The notes beneath the pieces are model-generated. The model did no database searches, was not told where the DNA came from, and saw only the letters and a list, made by a program, of their open reading frames with translations. Of a DNA stretch of 64,000 nt, positions 1-8,310 are shown one piece after another. Numbering within the stretch: the first letter of the stretch is position 1; the number at the start of each line of letters is the position of its first letter. Where the stretch lies: positions 368 through 64,367 of the forward strand of contig CAKRTZ010000001.1 in the NCBI GenBank assembly GCA_934402515.1, written 5' to 3'. The position numbers and the translations under genes are program-made. The stretch comes from an uncultured Lachnospiraceae bacterium. GTDB taxonomy: Bacteria > Bacillota > Clostridia > Lachnospirales > Lachnospiraceae.

Positions 1-268
1 GCAGCATCTGTCTTAAATCATCAAAAGTCTCACTGATTGGTGCGACTCTTCCGTTCCGTACATCATCCTCTGCTTCCGCTAAAATCTCCAGAAGCTCAAT
101 CCGTGATTTCATCCTTTTATATTCTTCATATGACAAAGATACCGTATCGCCCCGTCCATTCACAGTAATGATAACCGCTTCATTTTCTTCCCTGCACTGT
201 TTTGAAATCTCACTATAATGATTCCTTAAATCTGCTGATGGTCTGATCGTCTCCTGTAACGCCTGCAT
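1..268 (-). CDS. Phd/YefM-family antitoxin; the C-terminus runs off the window edge
   Basis: My own translation from the ATG at 268 gives MQALQETIRPSADLRNHYSEISKQCREENEAVIITVNGRGDTVSLSYEEYKRMKSRIELLEILAEAEDDV... It shows the same RP-x-DLRN / T-x-NG / EEY pattern as the Phd-type ORF at 1975-2232. A GGAGGTG Shine-Dalgarno lies 5-6 nt upstream. Confidence 0.6.
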   Translation of the reverse strand, partial: MQALQETIRPSADLRNHYSEISKQCREENEAVIITVNGRGDTVSLSYEEYKRMKSRIELLEILAEAEDDVRNGRVAPISETFDDLRQML

Positions 269-353
269 AAAAACACCTCCGTTTATCTGTAGTCATATTA
301 TATCTTAATTTGCATATATTATCAATTACCAACTTCTACAGAGATAGAGAAAA

Positions 354-380
354 CCTCCAAATCTTTTGAGGACTTGGAGG
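354..380 (-). terminator. Intrinsic terminator after the ParE-like toxin gene
   Basis: Stem CCTCCAA (354-360) pairs with TTGGAGG (374-380). On the minus strand it is followed by TTTTCTC. Confidence 0.5.
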
Positions 381-396
381 CTTGATTCCTGCCATT

Positions 397-711
397 TTAT
401 CTTTTAAATAAACTTTGCCAATCCACTTTGTTATACAAAACTCTGATTATGTACACTACATCATTTTGCATATCATAATAATAGAAAATGTTGTAGTTAT
501 CAAAGCGTGTCATTCGTAGACCAACGCTTCTTAAAAGTTCATCGTCTACCAGCGGATGACCTGTTGGATATTCACTTAACTTTTCAGCGGCATCTAATAT
601 GCCATCAGATATTCTTTGAGCTGCTTGAGGATTGCAAAGGTCAACGAAAATATAGTATTCTATGTCCAGCAAATCATATTCTGCCGGTTCAGTAAATACT
701 ACATTAGCCAC
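397..711 (-). CDS. ParE/RelE-family type II toxin
   Basis: 104 aa. The layout is typical of ParE: N-terminal VVFTEPAEYDLLDIEYYI, and C-terminal NYNIFYYYD...VVYIIRVLYNKVD. It overlaps the upstream small ORF by 8 nt. Confidence 0.8.
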   Translation of the reverse strand: MANVVFTEPAEYDLLDIEYYIFVDLCNPQAAQRISDGILDAAEKLSEYPTGHPLVDDELLRSVGLRMTRFDNYNIFYYYDMQNDVVYIIRVLYNKVDWQSLFKR

Positions 712-868
712 GTTCTTCTCTCCTCTTTTTCAGTTTTTCTCGTACTTCATCGATCGTGCTGGTTCTGCCATCCTGCATTGCCTTATAGCCTTCCCCAATC
801 AAACGATAAAATTCCAACTTCGTAATATCAGTTGGTTCAATTGCTTGTTGTGCATTTGTTGCTAACAT
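704..868 (-). CDS. Putative cognate antitoxin of the ParE-like toxin
   Basis: About 55 aa if started at the third ATG (MLATNAQQAIEP...), which has AAAGGGTG upstream. There is an 8-nt overlap with the toxin gene. The charged C-terminal helix (IDEVREKLKKRREERG) resembles ParD/RelB-type partners. The family assignment is weak. Confidence 0.5.
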   Translation of the reverse strand: MLATNAQQAIEPTDITKLEFYRLIGEGYKAMQDGRTSTIDEVREKLKKRREERG

Positions 869-953
869 ACAATCACACCCTTTCTTCATTTTAAATATAC
901 CATATTTCTTCGTCCTCAACAATCACTTATTGCTCAAATGGATGTATTTTTAA

Positions 954-1331
954 CTATATTATATGCTGTGGAACCACAAAGCACTCATCCAACTGCTTAT
1001 GTAAAAAGGAAATTGTTGTTAAAATATCAATTGCATCTTGTTCATTTACAACCCATTTGATTTTCAGTTCATGTGCAGTTACATTTCGTACCATATGTGT
1101 AACGCCATTTAACATTTCCTTCAATCCATTTTGTAAATTTCTTTCAGTAGATGTTTGTAATGCGTTTAATGCCAATCTTGGATTATTTACCGAAAAAGCA
1201 GTATTAAACAGTGCAGTTCCATCCTCCTGAAGACCTGTTTTCTCTATTACTTTTTCTGATAAACTCTTTGCTGCTTCAAACACAGCATGAAAATAATTTT
1301 CTTGAAGATACTCCTCCCTGCAACACTTCAC
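954..1331 (-). CDS. TIGR02391 / Hypoth_Ymh-like protein; start uncertain, possibly 5'-truncated
   Basis: Motifs YFHAVFEAAKSL...KTGL...DGTALFNTAFS...NP and MVRNVTAHE match my memory of the TIGR02391 domain. The annotated start is GTG. The frame stays open without an ATG up to about 1403. Confidence 0.5.
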   Translation of the reverse strand: MKCCREEYLQENYFHAVFEAAKSLSEKVIEKTGLQEDGTALFNTAFSVNNPRLALNALQTSTERNLQNGLKEMLNGVTHMVRNVTAHELKIKWVVNEQDAIDILTTISFLHKQLDECFVVPQHII

Positions 1332-1508
1332 TATCGGTACTGATTCTCCTAAATATTTTTCGAGCGTAAAATGAATTTTTAAATTGCCACCAAAATTGCC
1401 ACCCTACAAAAGCTGCAGGGCAGCATCTTAAAAACAAGCAGTAATATCCGGTGTCTACAAAAATGATAATTTGATAAATTCTACAGTGAAAAAGTGCTGA
1501 TAAATCAG

Positions 1509-1850
1509 CTAATTCTCCTTCTTCTCCCACAGCATTCCTTCCTTGCGAAAACTTAAAAATTTTCCGTTCCCTACAATGATGAAATCAAAGAGCGTAATCC
1601 CTATAATGTCCCCAGCCTCTTTTATCCTGTCACAGGATGCAACATCCTCTCTGGATGGAGAAATTTCTCCACTGGTGTGATTGTGTAACACCACAATTCC
1701 AAGCACTGCACGCAGGAATAATTCTCTGGGTATAATTAAAGCATTGTTTATACACCCGTGTGATACTTCAAATACTCCGGTTGGAATAGTAGCCGCATTA
1801 AGAGCTATCATGTACACATGTTCCTCTGCCATGGAATATGCCAACTTCAT
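1509..1850 (-). CDS. RadC-like JAB/MPN domain protein (JAB domain only)
   Basis: Contains HNHTSGEISPSREDV, a variant of the RadC HNHPSG-x5-PS-x2-D motif. At 113 aa it lacks the N-terminal HhH half of full-length RadC, like the short RadC copies common on mobile elements. Confidence 0.75.
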   Translation of the reverse strand: MKLAYSMAEEHVYMIALNAATIPTGVFEVSHGCINNALIIPRELFLRAVLGIVVLHNHTSGEISPSREDVASCDRIKEAGDIIGITLFDFIIVGNGKFLSFRKEGMLWEKKEN

Positions 1851-1851
1851 T

Positions 1852-1962
1852 CTAAACTAAATGCGTTGCATCCTGCTTGTTATATAAAAATCTTCTTATT
1901 TCCATAATCTTGTCATCTCTCCCATCATCTATCACAACATAATAGATAACAAAGTTTTTCAC
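1852..1962 (-). pseudogene. C-terminal stub of a ParE/RelE-family toxin
   Basis: My own translation gives (V)KNFVIYYVVIDDGRDDKIMEIRRFLYNKQDATHLV*. This resembles the last third or so of ParE toxins (compare NIFYYYD...VYIIRVLYNK at 397-711). It lies in the same frame as the upstream antitoxin, only 4 codons after that gene's stop. The N-terminal two thirds or so are missing. Confidence 0.5.
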
Positions 1963-1974
1963 ATAAATTTTGTT

Positions 1975-2232
1975 CTAGCCATTTATCCTCCTTCTAAGAT
2001 TAGAGAAAACTTCTTCATGCGTATATCTTTTATCATCTTCCTCTGCAAGTTTATCAGCCACATCGAGAGCTGTTTCAACACCATCGGTTAATCTTGAATA
2101 TGCCTCCAGACTGAGTACTACCATCGCACCATAACCGTTTTTCGTCAGATATACTGGTTCCCCACATGCAACTGCCTTTTCCACATCTGGAAATTTATTT
2201 CTTAAATCCGAAACTGGTCTAATCTGTATCAT
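1975..2232 (-). CDS. Phd/YefM-family antitoxin
   Basis: 85 aa. Motif: IRPVSDLRNKFPDVEKAV...PVYLTKNGYGAMVVLSLEAYSRL. Confidence 0.75.
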   Translation of the reverse strand: MIQIRPVSDLRNKFPDVEKAVACGEPVYLTKNGYGAMVVLSLEAYSRLTDGVETALDVADKLAEEDDKRYTHEEVFSNLRRRING

Positions 2233-2407
2233 ATAGTCCTCCTTGTAATTTTATCGTAATTTTATCAAAATATTATCTTTTTTGTATTATAATCAATTAC
2301 TTTAAATTTTACAACACGTAACTTTATCCAAAACAGAGATGTAAATGTCTTTTTTCGCATCCTCCTTTCATTCAAAAAGGACACCCGTGTGCGCTTATGA
2401 GCACAAA

Positions 2408-2434
2408 AAAACGATGCCTGTATCACAAGCATCG
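2408..2434 (-). terminator. Intrinsic terminator
   Basis: AACGATGC / GCATCGTT stem. On the minus strand it is followed by TTTTTTTG. Confidence 0.55.
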
Positions 2435-2677
2435 TTAACTGATAATTTTAAAATACTTAAATGCATCAAAAACATATTTTTCTTTCTTGCTTTTCAATTT
2501 CGGATTTGATTCAAGCACAGCTGAATCTATTCTTAATTTATCCAAGCCACACTTTTCTTTCACTTGCGTAATACTAGAATTGCTTACCGAAACATCATAA
2601 GTATACAATATCCAATCCTGTATCATTCTGAAAGTAATTGTGTCATTTGAAGTAGCGTCTTCGTATTCAGCATCCAT
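2435..2677 (-). CDS. Small hypothetical protein (about 80 aa)
   Basis: This is the part of the 2435-2821 ORF that does not overlap ssrA, starting at MDAEYED. No convincing Shine-Dalgarno precedes it. The T-F-x-M-I-x-D-W-I...ITQVKEKCGL pattern recalls small conserved proteins of Firmicute mobile elements, but I cannot name a family. Confidence 0.3.
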   Translation of the reverse strand: MDAEYEDATSNDTITFRMIQDWILYTYDVSVSNSSITQVKEKCGLDKLRIDSAVLESNPKLKSKKEKYVFDAFKYFKIIS

Positions 2678-2761
2678 ATCTACATACAATATGATACTGA
2701 ATACATTTTTCAAGACCGCTATTTGTGCGGTCGGACAACCGTTCGTTTCCACCGCTTTAAG

Positions 2762-3106
2762 TGGACCAGACGGGAGTCGAACCCGTGTCCAAAAGCCCAT
2801 TCCCTGTCCTTCTACTATCATAGTGCCTTTTTGTGGGCAAGCCCCATTCCCTCACCGCATCAGAAAGGAACAACCAATGCGATTTGGTAGCTTCATAATA
2901 CGCCCACGGGGGCAAAGCTTAGCCCGTGTCGTTTCTCACATAGTCGAAGCCCCGGCCCTAGCGTGTGAGTGCGTTAGGCGGGACTGCTGCAACTAGGCAG
3001 CGTAAGCTAAATTGTCGTTAGCGTTTAATTTTAATTTGCGATTTGACGCATCGCCTGCGGATAGCTTCTCCAGCTGCAAGACCCCTGTCGAAACCTTAAC
3101 TGGCCC
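2762..3106 (-). ncRNA. ssrA: tmRNA (transfer-messenger RNA)
   Basis: On the minus strand the 5' end GGGCCAG pairs with the 3' end CTGGTCC. This includes a G3:U wobble, the alanine identity element. The T-arm is GGGTTCGACTCCC. The tag reading frame GCT AAC GAC AAT TTA GCT TAC GCT GCC TAG encodes ANDNLAYAA*. The terminal CCA is not fully encoded (the genome reads ...GGTCCA CTT). smpB lies directly upstream. Confidence 0.9.
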
Positions 3107-3147
3107 TTATTCGTTTATATAGAAACTATATCGGCAGAATCTTTCCA

Positions 3148-3651
3148 CTAATATAGGTTTCTGACCTTAAATTCTTTTTCCGCCTCTCTGCGTTGGTCTT
3201 TCTTGGCAATATCCTCACGCTTATCGTAAAGTTTCTTACCTTTGGCAAGTCCAATCTCCACCTTAGCTTTGCCCTCTTTAAAGTATACCTGAAGCGGAAC
3301 CAGTGTATACCCCTTTTCTTTCATTTTACCAAGAAGTTTCCAGATTTCCTTCTTGTGGAGCAGCAATTTTCTGGGGCGTAACGGATCTTTATTGAAAATG
3401 TTTCCCTTTTCGTAGGGGCTGACATGCATGCCGTACACCCAGACCTCTCCATTTTCAATACGGATAAAAGCCTCCTTGATGCTGCACTTCCCCATTCGCA
3501 GGGATTTCACTTCCGTACCCGCCAGAGCAATTCCAGCCTCGTATTTTTCTTCTATGAAATAATCGTGGTAGGCTTTTTTGTTATTCGCCACCAGTTTGCT
3601 TTCCCGTGCCAAGCTGCTCTCACCTCTCAATCCTGCGGTATTTATTATCAT
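3148..3651 (-). CDS. smpB: SsrA-binding protein SmpB
   Basis: Motifs [20 protein letters not shown] and LLLHKKEI. It is adjacent to ssrA and rnr. Confidence 0.95.
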   Translation of the reverse strand: MIINTAGLRGESSLARESKLVANNKKAYHDYFIEEKYEAGIALAGTEVKSLRMGKCSIKEAFIRIENGEVWVYGMHVSPYEKGNIFNKDPLRPRKLLLHKKEIWKLLGKMKEKGYTLVPLQVYFKEGKAKVEIGLAKGKKLYDKREDIAKKDQRREAEKEFKVRNLY

Positions 3652-3743
3652 ACCATACTTCTGTGTTTTTTCAACCTTTACGGAGGAATTTCCGCCTGCG
3701 AACTTCCACTGTCCCCTTATGCCTCGTTCCAGTGATTCTTCCC

Positions 3744-5885
3744 TTATTCCTCCACCAGGGTAAAGTTTACGGTTCTGGTCATGGTGTCCACTTCCCGCAC
3801 CAGTACCTTCACCCGTTGCCCTAATTTGAACCGACGTCCGCTGTCCTCACCCACCATCTCGTAAGCGTTTTCATCGTAGTAATAATAGTCATCCGGCAAA
3901 GTGGCAATGTGAATCAGCCCCTCCACCGTATTGGGTAGTTCCACATAAATTCCCCAGCCGGTAATGCCGGAAATCACGCCGCCAAAGGTCTCCCCGATGC
4001 GCTCCTGCATATACTGGGCTTTCTTCAACTTATCCGTCTCCCGTTCTGCCTCGTCCGCCCGGCGCTCTTTGGTGGAACACTGTTTTGCTACCTCCGGCAG
4101 AATCTGGCTGTAGTGGCTTGTCCGTTCTTCGCTCATACGCCCCCGGAGTTCATCCTTGATAATCCGGTGAATCTGCAAATCCGGATAACGACGGATAGGA
4201 GAGGTAAAATGGCAGTAATACTGGCATGCCAAACCGAAGTGCCCGCTGCACTCCACAGTATATTTCGCCTGTTTCATGCTCCGCAGAGTCAAACGGCTGA
4301 TCAATGCCTCCTCGTCCGTTCCCTCGATCTTTTCCATGAGTTTTTGGATTTCCTTGGGGTGAATCTCCTCCTGGCTGGTTTTGAGTCCATAGCCAAAATT
4401 ACGGATAAAGAGGCTGAGTTTCTTAATCTTCTCCGGGTCAGGAGTGCCGTGGGTTCTGTATACAAAGGGTGTCTCCATCCAGAAAAAGTGCTGCGCCACC
4501 GTTTCATTGGCAAGAAGCATGAAATCTTCAATCAGCTTGGTTGCCACGTTGCGCTCGTAGGGCATAATGTCCGTGGGGCGTCCTTCTTTATCCAGAAGGA
4601 TTTTTGTCTCCGGGAAATCAAAGTCAATGGAACCACGCTTATGTCTGCGCTTACGCAAAATTGCCGCCAATTTCTCCATCTCCCGGAACATGGGCACCAG
4701 TGGTTCATATTCAGCCATCACCTCCGGGGCTTCGTCCTCCAGGATTTTCTTCACCTTGGTATAGCTCATCCTGCGGTCTACCCGAATCACTGTCTCTGCA
4801 ATCTGGTGGTCAATGACTTCTCCCTTTTCGTCCACCGTCATAAGACAGGACAATGCAAGCCTGTCCTCCCCTGCGTTTAAGGAACAGATGCCGTTGGACA
4901 GTACATGGGGCAGCATGGGAATCACCCTGTCCACCAGATACACGCTGGTGCCCCGTTTCAGAGCCTCTCTGTCAAGGGCTGAATTCTCCTGGACATAGTT
5001 GGTCACATCCGCAATGTGTACTCCCAGACGGTAATGCCCTTCCGCGTCCACGGTAAGGCTCACCGCATCGTCCAAATCCTTGGCATCTTCCCCGTCGATG
5101 GTGACCATCTGCATATCCCGCAAGTCCAGCCGTCCGGCACAGTCTGCCTCTGATACTTCCTTTGCCACCCGGGCTGCCTGGTTTAACACTTTTTCCTCAA
5201 ATTCCATGGGAAGATCAAAGCCCCGCACAATGGACAGAATATCCACACCGGGGTCATTGATGTGTCCCAGGATTTCCACAATGCGCCCCTCCGGTTTCTT
5301 TCCGGGAGAACCGTAATCCAGAAGTTCCGCTACTACCTTATGTCCCGCCACCGCTCCTGCGGTGTTTTTTCCATCGATAAACACATCAAAGGGTAACTTC
5401 GTATCATCGGGCACCACAAATCCAAAGGTTTTGGAAGGTTCAAAGGTTCCCACCACCTGGGTAATGCCATGGGACAGCACCTTCGTAACCTCTGCTTCCT
5501 GACGCAATCGTGTGCCATTTGCCATGCGGGTTCCCGGACGAAGTACCACCTGCACCTGGTCTTTGTGAAAAGCACCGCCGGTGCAGTCTGCGGGGATAAA
5601 CAAATCTTCCTGGCGTCCTTCCACCTCCACAAAGCCAAAGCCTTTGCTGTTGGCGATGAAGGTGCCCACCAGAACAGAGCCGTCCCCTTTCATGATTTTC
5701 CCTTTGGGGGTAAGTATGATTCTGCCCTCACTAAGGAGTGCGTCAATGACCTGGTGAAAGGCGTCTTTATCTTCTTTTTTGACCTGAAGCAGCATTGCCA
5801 TCTCTTTTTCTTTCATGGGGATATATTGCTTTTCGCCCACCAGGGACTCTATCATATTTTTGCGTTGTTCTAATAAATTTTTCAT
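3744..5885 (-). CDS. rnr: Ribonuclease R
   Basis: 713 aa. Cold-shock-like GFGFV repeats, RNB motif [14 protein letters not shown], and a C-terminal S1 domain ([15 protein letters not shown]). Sits in the secG-rnr-smpB-ssrA synteny known from Bacillus. Confidence 0.95.
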   Translation of the reverse strand: MKNLLEQRKNMIESLVGEKQYIPMKEKEMAMLLQVKKEDKDAFHQVIDALLSEGRIILTPKGKIMKGDGSVLVGTFIANSKGFGFVEVEGRQEDLFIPADCTGGAFHKDQVQVVLRPGTRMANGTRLRQEAEVTKVLSHGITQVVGTFEPSKTFGFVVPDDTKLPFDVFIDGKNTAGAVAGHKVVAELLDYGSPGKKPEGRIVEILGHINDPGVDILSIVRGFDLPMEFEEKVLNQAARVAKEVSEADCAGRLDLRDMQMVTIDGEDAKDLDDAVSLTVDAEGHYRLGVHIADVTNYVQENSALDREALKRGTSVYLVDRVIPMLPHVLSNGICSLNAGEDRLALSCLMTVDEKGEVIDHQIAETVIRVDRRMSYTKVKKILEDEAPEVMAEYEPLVPMFREMEKLAAILRKRRHKRGSIDFDFPETKILLDKEGRPTDIMPYERNVATKLIEDFMLLANETVAQHFFWMETPFVYRTHGTPDPEKIKKLSLFIRNFGYGLKTSQEEIHPKEIQKLMEKIEGTDEEALISRLTLRSMKQAKYTVECSGHFGLACQYYCHFTSPIRRYPDLQIHRIIKDELRGRMSEERTSHYSQILPEVAKQCSTKERRADEAERETDKLKKAQYMQERIGETFGGVISGITGWGIYVELPNTVEGLIHIATLPDDYYYYDENAYEMVGEDSGRRFKLGQRVKVLVREVDTMTRTVNFTLVEE

Positions 5886-5911
5886 GTAAATACCATATTC
5901 TCCGCGACATA

Positions 5912-6063
5912 TTTTGTTATCTATTCTGACTACATTCGCAAAACCGCAGCTTACGCTGCTTTCCTTTTGCTCATGTGGTTACTTCGCCATATAAAGTTTC
6001 TTTCTGCCTGAATGCAAGCATTCGCAGAAAGAAACTTTGCATGGCTCAGAATAGATAACAAAA
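5912..6063. repeat. Compound palindrome in the secG-rnr spacer
   Basis: Outer arms are perfect: TTTTGTTATCTATTCTGA (5912-5929) and its reverse complement (6046-6063). An inner near-perfect hairpin spans 5986-6045: GCCATATAAAGTTTCTTTCTGC..GAATGC aa GCATTC..GCAGAAAGAAACTTTGCATGGC. Confidence 0.7.
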
Positions 6064-6093
6064 AGGGACCCTCCTGCATTGCAAGAGCGTCCC
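6061..6093 (-). terminator. Intrinsic terminator after secG
   Basis: On the minus strand, GGGACGCTC..TGCA.TGCA..GAGGGTCCC is followed by TTTT. Confidence 0.55.
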
Positions 6094-6111
6094 GAACACT
6101 TCTACCAAAAA

Positions 6112-6354
6112 TTAGAAATTCAAGTTTAATACGACTGCCAGTACCATGAAACCTACAGCCAGACCAGTGGTAATCTTTACCAGCGCGCCCTCCATGGAAC
6201 GACCTTTGTTCTTACCCCAGTAGGTCTCTGCAGCTCCGCTGATGGCACCGAGTCCTGCACTCTTTCCCTCCTGCATCAGTACTACAACAACAAGTGCGAT
6301 ACAGATTAAAATATATACAACAGTTAAGATTGTTCTTAATATCTCCATTTTCAA
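6112..6354 (-). CDS. secG: Preprotein translocase subunit SecG
   Basis: 80 aa with two hydrophobic helices flanking QEGKSAGLGAISGAAETYWGKNKG. Confidence 0.85.
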   Translation of the reverse strand: MKMEILRTILTVVYILICIALVVVVLMQEGKSAGLGAISGAAETYWGKNKGRSMEGALVKITTGLAVGFMVLAVVLNLNF

Positions 6355-6410
6355 CCTCCATTAAACAAAGACTTGTTTCACACAAGCACAAATAATGATA
6401 CCATACCAAT

Positions 6411-6446
6411 AAAAAAAAGGCAAGCAAAATATTTGCCTGCCTTTTC
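6411..6446 (-). terminator. Intrinsic terminator of the peptide ABC operon
   Basis: On the minus strand, GGCAGGCAAA tat TTTGCTTGCC is followed by TTTTTTTT. Confidence 0.7.
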
Positions 6447-6485
6447 CATTATTCAACTTTTAAGCTGTAGCTTACCGGAACTCAA

Positions 6486-8231
6486 TTAGTTCTTTGCAGC
6501 TTTGTAGAAGTATTTCATACCCTCTACAGTTCCGTAGATACCAGTTACATTGCTCTTAACCATATAAGGGTCATTGTAGTAGTAAATAGGAACGATACAC
6601 TCGGTATCCATCAGGTAATCCTCAGCCTCGTGCATTAACTCAGCACGTTTTGCAAGGTCAGCCTCGGTACGGATTTCATCGATTAAAGTATCATATTTGG
6701 ACCAATCCAGAGACTTGCTGTCATCACGACCGAGCTGGCAGTCGTTGTTACCGGAATCAGTGGTCCACATCTCTAACATGTTGATAGGATCGTTGTAATC
6801 CATTAACCAACCGTTACGAGCGAAGTCGTAGTCACCGTTTTTACGGGTATTTACGAATACGTTCCACTCCTGCTGATCGATGGTCATCTCAATACCGTAC
6901 TGAGCTAAGTCAGCCTGGATTGCTTCTGCAATCTTAACGTTAACGGAGGAGTTGTTGGTCAGATAAGTGAATGCAACAGTCTGGGTCAGAGCATCTGCAT
7001 CTTTATCCCACAGACCGATAGATGCTAACAGGTCTTTTGCCTCTGCTACGTTAGTGTCGTAGTCAGTGCTGAAGTAATCTTTGTTTTTGAACTCGCCGCC
7101 ATTACCATCAGAGCATCCTGCAGGTACGAAGGTGGTAGCAATCTGCTGGTCAAGCTGACCAATGGTATCAATGATGTACTGACGGTCAATCATTAAGCTG
7201 ATAGCTCTACGGAAGGTCTTTGCCTGCTCCTCGTCTAAGCCTAAGTTTGCATATAAATCGGAGTTGTAGTTGAATGCGCTGTAGTAGGTTCCCAGGTTAT
7301 CCAGAACTACGAACTCGGAAGAATCCTTAACAGATGCGATTTCCTCGGTAGGGATGGAATCGATGAAGTCAAGGTCGCCGGTCTGATAAGCAGTGTAAGC
7401 TGCGGTTTCATCAGAAGTCAGCATTACGTTCATGGTAGGGATGGTTACAGAATCAGCATCCCAGTAGTTGTCGTTCTTTACATAGGTCATATCGGAATCA
7501 TGGTTCCATGCCTGTAAAGTATAAGCACCATTGGATACGAATCCAGCCTCCTGTGCCCAGGTACCAGCAGGATTCTCAGCGGTCTTGGAAGCCTCAACCT
7601 CTTCCTCATATACAGGGAAGAAGAAAGGGAATGCACATAAGTCTAAGAAGTAAGGGCAAACAGCTTTTAACTGAACAGTTAAAGTTTTGCCATCTTCAGA
7701 TGCTACAACATCCTCGTCGCCTAAACCAGTCTCATAGTCAAAGCTGGGGAACATCTCGCAAAGGTAGCTGTAATCTGCAGCAGTCTCAGGAGCTGCAGCA
7801 CGTTTCCAGGAATAAACGAAATCGTTTGCATCCAGGGTTTCGCCGTTGGACCATTTCAGACCATCACGCAGGGTGAAGGTGTAGGTCATACCATCCTCAG
7901 ATACAGTGTAGGACTCTGCACATGCAGGCTCTAACTGTCCGTCAGCGTTGTAACGCATCAGACCCTCAAAGCTGTTTACTGCAAGACAGCCGCCATCAAC
8001 GGTGCTGTTCAGAGCGGGATCAAGATGGCCAGGCTCGGATGCCATCCAGATATTCAATACATCAGTTGCGGTAGAAGTGGTGGTAGCCTGTGCAGCATCG
8101 GTAGTTGCACTTTCACCATCAGTAGTTGTGGACTCTGCAGGTGCGGAAGCGCCGCCGTTGCTGGAGCCACATGCAACCAGACTCATGGTCATTGCGGTTG
8201 CAAGCATGATAGAAACAAGTTTCTTTTTCAT
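6486..8231 (-). CDS. Peptide ABC transporter substrate-binding lipoprotein (family 5, OppA/DppA-like)
   Basis: 581 aa. Signal peptide with lipobox LVAC|GSS and a Ser/Thr/Ala-rich linker. It is the last gene of a BCDFA-ordered operon. Confidence 0.9.
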   Translation of the reverse strand: MKKKLVSIMLATAMTMSLVACGSSNGGASAPAESTTTDGESATTDAAQATTTSTATDVLNIWMASEPGHLDPALNSTVDGGCLAVNSFEGLMRYNADGQLEPACAESYTVSEDGMTYTFTLRDGLKWSNGETLDANDFVYSWKRAAAPETAADYSYLCEMFPSFDYETGLGDEDVVASEDGKTLTVQLKAVCPYFLDLCAFPFFFPVYEEEVEASKTAENPAGTWAQEAGFVSNGAYTLQAWNHDSDMTYVKNDNYWDADSVTIPTMNVMLTSDETAAYTAYQTGDLDFIDSIPTEEIASVKDSSEFVVLDNLGTYYSAFNYNSDLYANLGLDEEQAKTFRRAISLMIDRQYIIDTIGQLDQQIATTFVPAGCSDGNGGEFKNKDYFSTDYDTNVAEAKDLLASIGLWDKDADALTQTVAFTYLTNNSSVNVKIAEAIQADLAQYGIEMTIDQQEWNVFVNTRKNGDYDFARNGWLMDYNDPINMLEMWTTDSGNNDCQLGRDDSKSLDWSKYDTLIDEIRTEADLAKRAELMHEAEDYLMDTECIVPIYYYNDPYMVKSNVTGIYGTVEGMKYFYKAAKN

Positions 8232-8310
8232 AATAATCCTCCTTCTAAAATTTGTTTCATCTATTTCAACCTAACTCTTAGGAAGAAATCAGTTTCTTAT
8301 TATAACACAA

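Larger units (their letters stand above)
1..2761. mobile_element. AT-rich accessory islet abutting the 3' end of ssrA. Probably the remnant or right end of an integrated element; the left boundary lies outside the window.
   Basis: Base composition visibly shifts to AT-rich left of 2762. Content is toxin-antitoxin modules, a JAB-only RadC-like gene, a TIGR02391-like ORF and a toxin stub. tmRNA 3' ends are known island integration sites. No integrase or att repeat is seen inside the window. Confidence 0.45.

Noticed and set aside
1276-1530. 84-aa minus-strand ORF bridging the RadC-like and TIGR02391-like genes
   Set aside because: Its composition is odd (Cys/Phe/Trp-rich). It overlaps both neighbours out of frame and has no Shine-Dalgarno sequence. 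The region is better explained as a degraded 5' part of the TIGR02391-like gene.
1-2761. Search for a duplicated ssrA 3' end (att site), an integrase or a transposase inside the islet
   Set aside because: None was found. The only faint similarity (CACGGGTG near 2380) is too short to count.
2640-2996. 118-aa plus-strand ORF, and the N-terminal 48 codons of the 2435-2821 minus-strand ORF
   Set aside because: Both run through the tmRNA gene (2762-3106). They are artefacts of an RNA gene that lacks stops in those frames.
4113-4880. 255-aa plus-strand ORF (and the other 60-130-aa ORFs between 3744 and 5885)
   Set aside because: Antisense to, or out of frame with, RNase R, whose identity is secure.
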